This document shows, one piece after another, positions 22,011 through 33,834 of a DNA stretch of 64,000 nucleotides. Source of the stretch: an uncultured Planctomycetaceae bacterium (GTDB taxonomy: Bacteria > Planctomycetota > Planctomycetia > Planctomycetales > Planctomycetaceae). Under the pieces are notes generated by a model. It was given only the letters and a program-made list of their open reading frames with translations, was not told the DNA's origin and did not search any database. The DNA lies in contig CAWFAK010000012.1 in assembly GCA_963813715.1 (NCBI GenBank), positions 352,001 through 416,000 on the forward strand. Reading direction: 5' to 3'. The position numbers and the translations under genes are program-made. Numbering within the stretch: position 1 is the stretch's first letter; every line of letters begins with the position of its first letter.

Positions 22011-23444
22011 TCAGATCAGCAAATCCTGCACGGCAGTGCCAGCACAATAAACGATCGGCCGCCCCTGTGGATCCGCGAGCGTGAGATCCGGGGAAATGCC
22101 CAGGCAGTGGTTGACCGTGGCAATCAAGTCGACGGGGTGCACCGCATTGGAGGCTGGATAGGCCGCGTGGCGGTCGGATGTGCCGTAGACCTGTCCACCC
22201 CGAATACCGGCCCCGGCCAGGACCGAGGTGAAGCAATTCGGCCAATGATCGCGACCGTCGTGTCCGGCTCCCGCGTCGCTATTCCGCTGCCCCACGCGCG
22301 GCGTGCGTCCGAATTCGCCCGTCCAAACCACCAGAGTCTCGTCGAGCAAACCTCTCGCTTGCAGATCATCCAGGAGCGCCGCAAAAGCTTGGTCGGCTGC
22401 CGGCATCAATCGCGTCTTCAGATCGCGAAAATTGCGGCTGTGCGTGTCCCAGTAGACCGAGACGTTCTTGATCCCGTCGCTGGGCCAAAAGACCGTGACC
22501 AGCGGAACTCCGCGCTCGACGAGTCGGCGGGCTTGCAGAACCGATTGCCCGTGCGGGTTGCGACCGTAGCGATCGCGGAGGGCGGCCGGCTCTTGATCGA
22601 GGTTGAATGCGGAGCCGCCGGACGACGAATGCAGCAACAGGAACGCGCGGCGATAAAAGTCATCCAGCGCGGCCACGCTGCCCGCGCGCTCGAGAGCCCG
22701 TCGTTGGGAGTCGATCTGAGCCAACAACCTCTCTCGATCGTCCAAGCGAGTCGCGGAAAGCTCGGCCGGCAGCCGGAAGTCGCCCACGGCGTAATCGCGG
22801 GCGTTGGGATTGGCGTCGATGACCAGCGGATCAAAACCTTGACCGAGCCAACCGGCCGTCTGCCCGTGACTTTCCTCGACGAAACGAGGCACGTCGTTTT
22901 CGAGCTTCGGCCGCATCGTGACGTAAGGCGGCAAGGCCCCGCGCCCGCGGCCCAACTTGGCCAACACCGAGCCGAGCGACGGCCAATCGTGACGCAGGGC
23001 GGCGCTCAGCGGCGGCGAGGGCTGACCAGTCAGCAAATTGTGCGTCGCCGTCGTGTGATTGACGTCCTCGTGCGTCATCGAGCGGACGACGGCCAGCTTG
23101 TCCGTGCGGCGGGCCAACAGCGGAAAGTGTTCGCAGATGTCGATCCCAGGAACCGCCGTGGCAATGGGACTGAACTCGCCGCGGACTTCCGCCGGCGCTT
23201 GCGGCTTAAGGTCCCACGTATCCTGATGAGCCGGACCGCCCCACATGAAGAGCAGAATGCACGACTTGGCCCGACCGAACGATCGACTGGAGACGGTCGT
23301 CGTGGCCGTCTCAGCGCGATCGCTGCCCGCCAGCGCACGTCCCCGCAGCAACTCGCCACATGTCAGCCCAAACAGGCTCAAGCCACCGGCGCGCAATAAA
23401 TCGCGACGACCGATGCGGCGACAGTCTGGGCAGGAGCTGGACAT
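22011..23444 (-). CDS. DUF1501 family protein (expanded in planctomycetes)
   Basis: Tat-like 'GRRDLLRAG', 'KSCILLFMWGGPAHQDTWDLKP', 'ARRLVERGV', 'WDTH', 'GEFGRTP', 'GRDHW'. Confidence 0.95.
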   Translation of the reverse strand: MSSSCPDCRRIGRRDLLRAGGLSLFGLTCGELLRGRALAGSDRAETATTTVSSRSFGRAKSCILLFMWGGPAHQDTWDLKPQAPAEVRGEFSPIATAVPGIDICEHFPLLARRTDKLAVVRSMTHEDVNHTTATHNLLTGQPSPPLSAALRHDWPSLGSVLAKLGRGRGALPPYVTMRPKLENDVPRFVEESHGQTAGWLGQGFDPLVIDANPNARDYAVGDFRLPAELSATRLDDRERLLAQIDSQRRALERAGSVAALDDFYRRAFLLLHSSSGGSAFNLDQEPAALRDRYGRNPHGQSVLQARRLVERGVPLVTVFWPSDGIKNVSVYWDTHSRNFRDLKTRLMPAADQAFAALLDDLQARGLLDETLVVWTGEFGRTPRVGQRNSDAGAGHDGRDHWPNCFTSVLAGAGIRGGQVYGTSDRHAAYPASNAVHPVDLIATVNHCLGISPDLTLADPQGRPIVYCAGTAVQDLLI

Positions 23445-23563
23445 CGAGGCAGGACCGGGGTGGCGGGAGGGCCGAGGGTGAGGGATTCGGCTGCGCGCTC
23501 GATTATCGTCATTTTCATCGCGGGCGTGAAGACGACTCGCAAGTGCAGACGGCCTGATCGACT

Positions 23564-24418
23564 TCAGGCACGGCTGTCTTCAAGATGCGCGGCCAACCAA
23601 GGCGCGAGCAGTCGCTCCAGGTTGGCGGCCAGCACGTTCTTCGCTTTGACCGGATCGAGCCCCGAGCACAGTTGAGACACGCGATCCCGGGTCGCCAGGG
23701 GCTCGTACTCGGGGAAGTCCGAGCCGACGATCGTGCGTCGATCGAATGTTCGCATCAGGAACCGCAGGTCGTCCTCCACCGAGGTGCCGGCCAGTCGGTG
23801 AATCGTGAAGGAAAGATCGAGCACAAGGTTCGAGTGGGCGGCGACCACCTCGGACATCGCCAGAACCTGCGAGCCGCCCCCATGCAGAAGAATGATCGTG
23901 GTCTGCGGCGCGGCAACCGCGAGCGCATCGGCGAGGTCGGGGGCATTTCGCGTCGCACGCCCGGCCTGGCGGAAAAGCGTGTCGAGAAAGACGATTAGAC
24001 CCCGATCGCCCGCGGTTCGCAGCGCCTGGATGACCTTGATGTGCAGCGGATCGTAACCATTGAGCCGCGGGTGCAGCTTGAGTCCGGCGAAACCAGTCGA
24101 GGCCAGCTGCGCGACAGCGTTTGCGATTTCGCGCTCGCTGTCGAATGTGGCCGGGTTGAGCGAGCCAATCGGCACGAAGCGAGCGGGATAACGGCGGGCG
24201 ACGTCGAGCACCGTGTCGTTCTCGATCACGTCGGCGATGGCCACGAGGCAAGCGCGAGCCGGCGTGCAGCGGTCCAGCTCCGCGAGCAATCTCTCGCAGC
24301 TTGCGTCCCGCTGGGTGCTGCCGAGCCACGAACCGTCAGCGGTGACGTGCGTGAGCGAGTCGAAGAACGAGACGTCGCCGGAACTCAGCGGGGCTCGTTC
24401 AGGTAGCGCTTCAGGCAT
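23564..24418 (-). CDS. Amidohydrolase_2-family TIM-barrel protein with atypical metal ligands
   Basis: 'FDSLTH', 'GLKLHP', 'LLHGG', 'LDLS', 'GSDFP'. Confidence 0.8.
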   Translation of the reverse strand: MPEALPERAPLSSGDVSFFDSLTHVTADGSWLGSTQRDASCERLLAELDRCTPARACLVAIADVIENDTVLDVARRYPARFVPIGSLNPATFDSEREIANAVAQLASTGFAGLKLHPRLNGYDPLHIKVIQALRTAGDRGLIVFLDTLFRQAGRATRNAPDLADALAVAAPQTTIILLHGGGSQVLAMSEVVAAHSNLVLDLSFTIHRLAGTSVEDDLRFLMRTFDRRTIVGSDFPEYEPLATRDRVSQLCSGLDPVKAKNVLAANLERLLAPWLAAHLEDSRA

Positions 24419-25104
24419 ACGGTTTCAAACGTGTCCCATTTGCGGCGGTCGATGCAGTCGAACCAAATGTCCTCTTGCTCTTCGATCCGGTCGAGGGCCG
24501 TCAAAAAGCCCTCGGTGAGCGAGGCGGCCGGCACAATCACCGCGCCCGAATCGTCACACACGGCAATCGCCCCGTCATAGCGGGCCCGGCGTTCGGCCAG
24601 GACCGCCGGATCGAGCGGGTGGCGGCACTTTTCGTTGTGACAGCCGACGGGCGTCACCCCCTCTGACCAGATCGGCCAATTCTCTTTGATCAAGTGCGGG
24701 GCATCGCGGAGGTTGCCGCACGCCACGAGGGCCGCCGCCTGCCGGTAAAGTAAGAGGAACTTGGCAACCAAGTTCCCGTAGAGCGCGCGTCCCTCACATT
24801 CGAAAGCTTCCGTGACGATCACGGCTCGTTCCGGGGCCCCGCGCAGCTGCTCGTGCAAATGCCAGTTGCGCGCCTCGTGGGCGTATGTCCAAAACACCTT
24901 GCCCACGCGGTGATGGCCGCGGTTGAGCGCGACAACGCGCGGCAAGGCGCCCGTCTTCTCCAGGCAGTCGGTGACCTCCGCGGTGGAGATGCGGTTGCGC
25001 TGGATGCGGTCGATGATGCGATCAGTCAGCGATTGCACGGTTTGTCTCCTCGACCCATCCAGCATAACAAATCGCGGCCCGCTGGCTCGGGCGTCGGCGG
25101 TCAA
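24385..25104 (-). CDS. RraA/HMG-aldolase family protein
   Basis: 'ISTAEVTDCL', 'RALYGNLVA', 'GNLRD', 'WPIWSEGVTP', 'DDSGAVIVP'. Confidence 0.82.
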   Translation of the reverse strand: MTADARASGPRFVMLDGSRRQTVQSLTDRIIDRIQRNRISTAEVTDCLEKTGALPRVVALNRGHHRVGKVFWTYAHEARNWHLHEQLRGAPERAVIVTEAFECEGRALYGNLVAKFLLLYRQAAALVACGNLRDAPHLIKENWPIWSEGVTPVGCHNEKCRHPLDPAVLAERRARYDGAIAVCDDSGAVIVPAASLTEGFLTALDRIEEQEDIWFDCIDRRKWDTFETVCLKRYLNEPR

Positions 25105-26353
25105 TCGGATAAGTCGACCCTGAGCTCGCGTTCAATGCGCTCGGCCAGCGCAGATGCGGAGTCACGAGTCTCGGCCGACACGATCACATGACCGTGACGG
25201 CTGCGGTCATCCTCGACCGCGGGAATGCGGTCGCCGACCGCCTGGTTGAAGGCGATTTCGATCACTCCCGGCTGCGCTCGCAGCTCGGCCAGATTCGGAA
25301 AACCCAGAATCCGCTTCCCCGGCGGGAGCCGTACAAACCGTAGCTGCGCGGCCCGCTGACGGGTCGTGATCACTTCGGCCTGCTCGCCCAACAGAATCGA
25401 AATCAGGGTGGGCGTCGGCTCGAAGCCGCAGAGTGCCGGCACAATGTGCGAGGCAATCCGCGTCCCCCCGCCACGGGCCGCCATTTCGACCAGCCACGGG
25501 TCCCCCTGGTCGTCGATGAGAAACTCGGCGTGCGTGATTCCGAAAGGAATCCCCAGGGCGCGGACGGTCGCCTCGTTCGCGCGGGCAATTCGTTCCATGA
25601 CCTGTGGCGGGAAATCGCCCGGCCAGGTGAGTGTGCGGGCGACGCCGGCCAGGTCGGGATAGTGGGCTTTATCGGAGATGGCCAGCGTTGTCGGTTGACC
25701 GTCGACGACGAACCCCTCGACCGTGGCCTCGGTTCCCGAAATGTACTGCTCGAAAATCGTCTCGCCGATCGGGGAAGCCTCCTTCGCCCGCCGGAATGCC
25801 TCAATGACCGTGGCCACGTCCGCCGGGTCGAGACGGCTGACACCGCGACTCGACTGGCCGTCGGCCGGTTTGCAAAACAGCGGCAGCCCAAGGTCGGCGG
25901 CCGCCGCGACCGCTTCTTCTTCCGAGCGACAGACGCGGAAGTCCGGCTGACGGATGCCCGCTGCGGCCGCTCGTTCGCGCATGCGGCCTTTGTGCGTGGC
26001 GGCAACGGCCACATCGACCGGCAGGCCCTTCAATCCAAGTTCCGCCGCCACTTGAGCCACGAGGGGCACGGCAAAGTCGGTCTGCTCCGTCATCGCCGCG
26101 TCGACGCGCCGCTCCCGCCCGATGCGCACCAACGCGGCCACGTCCTGGAGCGGCACCTGAACGGCTTCGTCGGCAACGTCAAAGCCGGGGGGCTGGGACG
26201 TGCCGTCCGCGCAAATCACGATCAGGCCCATTTCCTGCGCGAGGCGGATGACCGGGACCTGCCAGCGACCGCCGGGCAGAAATAGCAGCGCGCGCCGCGG
26301 AAGCGGTTCTTCCAGCGGGGATCGAGTTCGGCGGACGCAGCCTCGTCGGTCAA
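25101..26353 (-). CDS. ATP-grasp carboxylate-amine ligase; probable TTG start at 26353 and frameshift near 26318
   Basis: 'LLFLPGGRWQVPVIRLAQEMG', 'KGRMRE', 'KPADGQSSRGV', 'EQYISG', 'HAEF', 'VEMAARGGG'; AGGAG precedes the TTG. Confidence 0.88.
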
Positions 26354-26580
26354 GGGGCGCTCCTGGACTCGGCCAGTCTCTCCGGCCTTTCGTTCAAAAC
26401 TTATCGCCCGGTTGAGGCGATTGCAAACCGGCTCGCGGCGGCGATAGACTCGAATTGAAGAGACGACGACGCGTGCCAACGTGCTCGTCTCAGTGATTTC
26501 TTCTCCGGCACCGCGTGGAATCGGGTCCGATTCCCGCTTCCGCCCGACCGGGCTGGCGCGTCACTTTCCGGCGGAAGCCC

Positions 26581-27681
26581 ATGTTGATCAGCGTCGTTAC
26601 GACGTTGTACCGATCGTCGCCGCACCTCGAAGAGTTTTATCGGCGGACGCTGGAAGCGGTGCGCAGCGCGACCGGCAACGAGGGCACCGAAGTCGAGCTG
26701 ATTTTTGTCGACGACGGCTCGCCCGACGACTCGGCCGTCAAAGTTCGCGAATTCCTACAGCGGCCGACGCCGGCCACGCTGGTCGAGCTGTCGCGGAATT
26801 TTGGACACCATCGGGCCATCCTCACCGGTCTTTCGTTCGCCCGCGGCGATCTGGTCTTCTTGATCGACTGCGACCTGGAGGAACCGCCGGAGTTGTTCGG
26901 CGAAATGCTGCGGACGCTGGAACGCACGCGCAGTCGAGCCGCGCCCGCCGACGTGGTTTACGCGGTTCCCCATCGCCGCAAAGGGGGGCTGTTCGAACAA
27001 GTTTCGGGCGAGCTCTTTTATCGGCTCTTCAACAGCCTGTCGGACGTGCAGATTCCCAACAACTGGATGATCTGCCGGCTGATGACGGCCCGTTACGTCC
27101 GCGCTCTCTTGTCGCACAACGAGCGCGAGCTGTTCCTGGGCGGCCTGTTCGGCATCACCGGCTTTCGCCAGGTGGCGATCACGGCGGAGAAGCGGCACAA
27201 AGGTTCCACGACTTGGACGCTGCGACGAAAATTGAAAGTCGCTCTGCAAGCAGTGACCGCCTTCAGCGCCCGGCCCCTGTGGTTGTTGGCGGGAATCGGT
27301 TCGCTGATTTCGGCCGCCTCTGCCATCGCCATTCTTTACATGATCGTTCGCGTGGCGCTGCTGGGGATGCCGTACCAAGCGGGCTGGGCGTCGACGATGG
27401 TGACGATCAGCTTTTTCGGGGGGTTGAATCTGCTGGCCATCGGGATTGTCGGGTTGTATGTGGCCCAGGTGTTCGCGGAGGTCAAAGGCCGGCCGTGCAT
27501 CGTCAAAGACGTGCAGGCCAACTTCGCCCGCGATCCCGGCGCGAACGCGGCGACTGTGATCACCATCGCGTCCGCATCCGCCCACGTTCTCTCGCGCTCG
27601 CCCTTAGAGAACGTCCCGGCCAATGGCGACGCCGCGAAGGCCGGAGCCGCCGGCCCCGCGTCGGAGCCGCGTCATGCTTGA
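26581..27681 (+). CDS. GT2 polyprenol-phosphate glycosyltransferase (GtrB/ArnC-like)
   Basis: 'LIFVDDGSPD', 'ELSRNFGHHRAI', 'IDCDLEEPPE', two C-terminal TM helices, 'EVKGRP'. Confidence 0.92.
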   Translation: MLISVVTTLYRSSPHLEEFYRRTLEAVRSATGNEGTEVELIFVDDGSPDDSAVKVREFLQRPTPATLVELSRNFGHHRAILTGLSFARGDLVFLIDCDLEEPPELFGEMLRTLERTRSRAAPADVVYAVPHRRKGGLFEQVSGELFYRLFNSLSDVQIPNNWMICRLMTARYVRALLSHNERELFLGGLFGITGFRQVAITAEKRHKGSTTWTLRRKLKVALQAVTAFSARPLWLLAGIGSLISAASAIAILYMIVRVALLGMPYQAGWASTMVTISFFGGLNLLAIGIVGLYVAQVFAEVKGRPCIVKDVQANFARDPGANAATVITIASASAHVLSRSPLENVPANGDAAKAGAAGPASEPRHA

Positions 27682-28363
27682 AGCCGATCGTGTCGAGACG
27701 CGTGCACGGTACGCGGCCCGCTATCGGGAGTTCGGCTACGACCCGCGGACCTTGGGCTGGCAAAAGGGACGGCAGCGGGTACGGTTCGCCGCGGTGCTCG
27801 AGTCAGTCGGCACTTCATTCGGCAGCCTGCTCGACGTCGGCTGTGGTTTCGGCGACCTGTTTGGATACCTCCGCGAGCGCGGCTGGCAGGGCGATTACCT
27901 CGGCGTCGACATCTGTCCGGAGCTGCTGGAGGAGGGGCGCAAGCGGTTCGGCCCGCTTGGGGCGCGGTTCGAATGCGTCGATCTATCAGGTGAGTCTCCC
28001 GCTTTTACCGCCGACGTTGCCGTGGCGCTCGGCGTGTTCAACCATCGCTTGCAGGAGGATAATCTCGAATTCATCGGGCAAATGCTGCACGCGATGTGGG
28101 CCCAATCGACCCAGGTCGTCGTGACCGATTTTCTCAGCACGACGGCCGACCGCCCCAAGCCAGACTTATTCCACGCCGACGCCAACGCCATCCTGCAGAT
28201 GGCACTGGGTTACAGCAAGCGCGTGCGGCTCGACCACAGCTACATGCCGTTCGAGTTTCTCGTCGCCATCTGGCACGATGATTCCTTCTCGGTCGACTGT
28301 CCCGTGTTTGCTCCGCATATCTCGCAGGTGAATCCCCAACCGCCGGGCGCGTCCCCGGCGTAA
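27674..28363 (+). CDS. Class I SAM methyltransferase
   Basis: 'YGYDPRTLGW'-type N-terminus ('FGYDPRTLGW'), 'LLDVGCGFGD', 'YLGVDI', 'GVFN', 'HSYMPFEF'. Confidence 0.85.
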   Translation: MLEADRVETRARYAARYREFGYDPRTLGWQKGRQRVRFAAVLESVGTSFGSLLDVGCGFGDLFGYLRERGWQGDYLGVDICPELLEEGRKRFGPLGARFECVDLSGESPAFTADVAVALGVFNHRLQEDNLEFIGQMLHAMWAQSTQVVVTDFLSTTADRPKPDLFHADANAILQMALGYSKRVRLDHSYMPFEFLVAIWHDDSFSVDCPVFAPHISQVNPQPPGASPA

Positions 28364-28382
28364 ATCGATCGGTTTCTCGATT

Positions 28383-29099
28383 ATGACCACACCTGCGGCC
28401 TCCGATCCGAAACGCAATCGAGCCCGCGAGCTGGCGCAAACACACGTGGCGGAGGGGGACTTGGTCGGCTGGTTCGAGCCGCTCTACGCAGAAGCGGAGG
28501 GCGATCCGGCGCGGGTGCCGTGGGCCGATCTCAAGCCCAATCCCAACCTGGTCGAGTGGGTCGAGCACGCGGCGGTCCGCGGCGAAGGGCGGACCGCGCT
28601 CGTGGTCGGCTGCGGATTGGGGGACGACGCCGAGTTCTTGGCGGCCCGCGGCTTTCGCGTCACGGCCTTCGATATCGCCCCGTCGGCGGTTGCCTGGTGT
28701 CAGCGACGCCATCCCACGAGCTCGGTCCAATACGTGACGGCCGATTTGCTCGATCCGCCCGCCGATTGGAATCAGCGCTTCGACCTCGTCTACGAAGGCT
28801 ACACACTGCAGGTGCTGCAATCGGCTGTGCTGCGATCCCGAGCGATCGAGCATCTGAGCGCATTTCCCGGGCCCGGTGGCACGTTGCTCGTCATTTGCCG
28901 CGGCCGCGATCCGGGCGATCCGGAGGGCCAGATGCCGTGGCCGCTCATGCGCGAGGAACTCGCCGTTCTCGATCGGTCTGGTTTGGCTCCCGTGGCCTTC
29001 GAAGACTTCTTGGACCAGCACAAAGCGCCCCCGGTCCGACGTTTTCAGGCCCTCTGGCGACGTCCGACGCCCCCGGCTACGCCCGCAAATAAGCCGTGA
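28383..29099 (+). CDS. Class I SAM methyltransferase (TPMT/TehB-like)
   Basis: 'VPWADLKPNP', 'ALVVGCGLGDDAE', 'FDIAPSA', 'PGGTLLVI'. Confidence 0.85.
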   Translation: MTTPAASDPKRNRARELAQTHVAEGDLVGWFEPLYAEAEGDPARVPWADLKPNPNLVEWVEHAAVRGEGRTALVVGCGLGDDAEFLAARGFRVTAFDIAPSAVAWCQRRHPTSSVQYVTADLLDPPADWNQRFDLVYEGYTLQVLQSAVLRSRAIEHLSAFPGPGGTLLVICRGRDPGDPEGQMPWPLMREELAVLDRSGLAPVAFEDFLDQHKAPPVRRFQALWRRPTPPATPANKP

Positions 29100-30215
29100 C
29101 TTCGCGGACCACGTCGGCCTGCTCATCCGCCGTAATCGTGTAATAAAACGGCAGGCGGATCAGGCAGGCGCTCACCGCGTCGGTCACAGGCAACGGGCGC
29201 ACGTCGCAGCCGAGCTTGCGACCCATCGGCGACGAATGCAGCGGCACGTAGTGGAAGACGGCGCCGATGCCGCGAGAGTTCAAATGGGCCAGCAGCCCGT
29301 CCCGCGTCTTTGCGTCGCGCGTGAGCAAGTAAAAGAGATGGAAGTTTTGGGTGCAGCCCTCGGGAACCGTGGGGAGTCGCACCAGCCCCTCGTCCGCCAG
29401 CGGCTGCAGGCTTTGCTGGTAGTACTCGTAAATTTGGCGACGCCGGTCGGAAATCGCCTGCATCATTTCGAGCTGACCGAAGAGAAACGCGCCGACGAGT
29501 TCGCTCGGCACGTAGGCGGAGCCGACGTCGACCCAGGTGTATTTGTCGACCTGGCCGCGGAAGAATTTCTGCCGGTTCGTCCCTTTGTCGCGAAGGATCT
29601 CGGCCCGTTCGACCAGGTCGGGGCGATTGACGCACAACGCTCCCCCTCGCCCGAGATGAAATTCTTGGTCTCGTGAAAGCTGTAGCACCCGACGTCGCCG
29701 AGCGAGCCAAGCGCCTTGCCGCGATAGAACGAATTCACGGCCTGGGCCGCATCTTCCACGACGAGCAGCCGATGAGCCCGGGCGATCTCCCGAATGCGGT
29801 CCATCTCGCAAGCGACTCCCGCGTAGTGCACGGGAACGATCACTTTGGTTCGCTCGTTGACGGCCGCCTCGATCAGCTTCTCGTCGAGGTTAAGCGTATC
29901 GGCTCGGATATCGACGAAGACCGGCCTCGCGCCGGCCCGCACAAAGGCGCTCGCCGTCGACACGAACGTAAACGAGGGCAGGATGACTTCATCGCCCGGC
30001 TCGAGATCGCAGAGCAAGGCGGCCATTTCCAGCGCCGCCGTGCACGACGGAGTGAGCAGCACGCGGTTGATGCCCAGCCGCTGTTCCAACAGCCGACAGC
30101 AAGCCTGCGTGAAGCGGCCGTCGCCTGCTAGATTGCCCAGCGCCACGGCCTGAGCGATGGAATCCAGCTCTCGGCCGACCAGGAACGGTTTGTTGAACGG
30201 GATGCGGTATTCCAT
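29077..30215 (-). CDS. wecE: dTDP-4-amino-4,6-dideoxygalactose transaminase (DegT family), frameshift near 29645
   Basis: 'IPFNKP', 'SCTAALEMAA', 'PSFTFVST', 'VHYAG', 'EDAAQ', PLP-Lys motif 'SFHETKN', 'KGTNR..FFRGQVDKYTWVD', 'FHYVPLH'. Confidence 0.92.
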
Positions 30216-30292
30216 GCGGAGTCCGCAGCGCGAGACGGCGCAAAGACGTGTGCCAGGCGCGGGGACTTGCGCAGCCCTTCGCCCCGTGACGT

Positions 30293-31168
30293 TTACTTGC
30301 GGGACATCGCCCGTTTGACCGCGGCCCCCATGTCGGCCGGACTTTCTGCCACTTCGACCCGGGCACCCTTGAGGGCGGCAATTTTCTCCGTGGCCGTCCC
30401 GCTGCCGCCGGAGATAATCGCCCCCGCGTGCCCCATCCGTTTGCCCGGCGGGGCCGTGCGGCCGGCGATGAACCCGGCAACCGGCTTGGTCACGTGCTCC
30501 TTGATGAAGGCGGCGGCTTGCTCCTCGGCGTTGCCGCCGATTTCGCCGATCATCAGGATGGCTTCGGTGGCCGGGTCCTTCTGGAACAAATCGAGCAGAT
30601 CGATGAACGAGGTGCCGACGATCGGATCGCCGCCGATGCCGACGGAGGTCGACAATCCCAAGCCGACATTGCCGAGCTGCCAGGCCGCTTCATAGGTGAG
30701 CGTGCCGCTGCGACTGATGAGCCCGACCGAGCCGACCTTGTGAATGTAACCGGGCATGATGCCGATCTTGGCGACGCCCGGCGTGATGACGCCCGGGCAG
30801 TTCGGCCCGACCAGGCGGCAGTTCTTGCCCATCAGGCCGCGTTTGGCGCGAACCATGTCGAGCACGGGGACGCCTTCCGTAATCGCCACGATCAGGCCGA
30901 TGCCCGCGTCGGCCGCCTCGAGGATCGCGTCGGCACAAAACGGAGGCGGCACGAAGATCAGCGAACAGTTGGCACCCGTCTTCGCGACCGCTTGCTCCAC
31001 CGTGTCGAAGACCGGAAAGCCGTCGACTTCCGTCCCGCCCTTGCCCGGCGTCACTCCGCCGACCATCGGCGTGCCGTAGGCCCGGCATTGCTGGCTGTGG
31101 AACAGACCGGCTTTGCCGGTGATCCCCTGGCAAATGACCCGCGTGTTTTTGTCGACCAAAATGCTCAT
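30293..31168 (-). CDS. sucD: Succinyl-CoA synthetase alpha subunit
   Basis: '[18 protein letters not shown]', 'GPNCPG', 'SRSGTLTYE', phospho-His motif 'RMGHAGA'. Confidence 0.98.
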   Translation of the reverse strand: MSILVDKNTRVICQGITGKAGLFHSQQCRAYGTPMVGGVTPGKGGTEVDGFPVFDTVEQAVAKTGANCSLIFVPPPFCADAILEAADAGIGLIVAITEGVPVLDMVRAKRGLMGKNCRLVGPNCPGVITPGVAKIGIMPGYIHKVGSVGLISRSGTLTYEAAWQLGNVGLGLSTSVGIGGDPIVGTSFIDLLDLFQKDPATEAILMIGEIGGNAEEQAAAFIKEHVTKPVAGFIAGRTAPPGKRMGHAGAIISGGSGTATEKIAALKGARVEVAESPADMGAAVKRAMSRK

Positions 31169-31229
31169 AACGGTGTCGTTGTCCTGCCGTGAATGCTCTT
31201 GAAACGAAACTGATCAAATCGGGTTTCCG

Positions 31230-31300
31230 GGAGGGCGAAGCTCTGCTGAGCCTCTTCCTCCCTCGCGTGTGAGGCGCGCTCGGCGGAGCCTCGCGCCCTT

Positions 31301-31301
<1 letters not shown>
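31230..31301. repeat. REP-like extragenic palindrome pair
   Basis: GGAGGGCGAAGCTCTGCTGAGC ... GCTCGGCGGAGCCTCGCGCCCTTC, an imperfect inverted repeat between sucC and sucD; resembles a planctomycete repeat recalled from memory (GGAGGGCGAGGCTCCYGCCGAGC). Confidence 0.6.
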
Positions 31302-32488
<1,187 letters not shown>

Positions 32489-32596
32489 GAAAATGGTCTC
32501 GTCGGCACGGCGCAAGCGGCGCCGAGTGGCAAACAAAATCGGTGGACCGGGAGGCAACGCAGAGCGGCCAGCCGGCCGTGAAGCGTTTCGGCGCGG

Positions 32597-33614
32597 TTAT
32601 GATAGCGGCAAGCGGCGGCGACGGTCCACCGAACGGGCGAACGGCTCAGAATGCCGCCAAAGCTCGGGTGCGGCGGGTCGGCCTGCGGAGATTACGCGGC
32701 GCGCTGGAGGGTCCGGTGTCTCCGACGCCTGCAAGTTCAGGCCGTAGTCGCAGTTCCAAAAATAGTCGGCCAATCCATCGCCGAGGACGCGTCTCACCTC
32801 GGTCATCATCGCGGCGACGTCGGCCGATTCTTTCCACGACGCATCGAGTACGCCGTCCCGGTCAAGCGGCCGCAGCGGATTGAACCGGCCGCAACCCATC
32901 ACGGGCCGCAGGTGGCGGGGACAGGCGAGCCACTGCTGCTGGTCTCGTTCGATCACGGTGAATTCCCGACCGCACCGGCCGCACTGCTTGAGGAAGTTTC
33001 TCGGATTGGCCGGCGGCAACGGATCGAGTCCCAGGAATTCGTAAACCCGAGCCAGCGCGGCGTCGTGCCGGCAGCAGAAATACTCGTGCGTCAGCAAGAG
33101 GCTGGCGTAGCGCGTCGCCAGGATCTCGTGCGTTTGCAGGATCTCTTTGGTCTCGGACAAGCAGCCGCAAAAAGTTCTCGCGCGAGTCGACCCACTCGAC
33201 CCGCCGCGGCTTGTGTCGGCGACGATACGACTCTCGCGAGAGGTGCACGCGGACCGGGTTTCGCACGTAGACGATGAACCGGCTACCGACCGGAAAGTCC
33301 GAGCGCGGGTCCCACATGACGGGATCGAATTCCTGCATCTTGTTGTAGAGCACGACGCGAATCTGATCGATCTGCTTGTTCTGTCGCCCGTCGGCGCGAA
33401 AGACCGACCCTTCGCTGAAGACGGCCGAAAGCCGCCGCTTGTAGTCAAACTGGTGCTCGTTGACGGCAAAGATCTGCGGGTGATAGTGCAGCGCGGCCGC
33501 GATGAAGTTCGTGCCGCCGCGGGCCTGGGCGTAGATGCCGGCAATGCTCGGACGCGGCAGGCGGCGCTCCAGCCGAAAGTCGCGCCATCGCTGAGCCAAG
33601 CGTGACCCGATCAC
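32597..33614 (-). CDS. Sulfotransferase-fold protein with a CxxC...CxxH insertion, frameshift near 33160
   Basis: 5'-PSB-like 'QARGGTNF...HPQI..VNE', 3'-PB-like 'VYVRNPVRVHLS', 'LTHEYF...LARVYEFLGL'. Confidence 0.6.
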
Positions 33615-33834
33615 GTCAGTCCCTTGCTCGAAGTCTCCAAAAACCGGCTCTGTTCGTGGGGCTGCAATTCGATCGCGCGGTCAGGCAGTCGGATCGCAAC
33701 CAAGCCCGTTCTCGGAAGATGGATAAATCGAAGATGTCGCGGCAACTTGCGCGAAGTGACGCTCCCAGCGGCACGAGGGGACGTCCGTTTGCCGCGGGAG
33801 TCTAATTTTGGAGGCAGTTAGCCGCAACGTCAGT

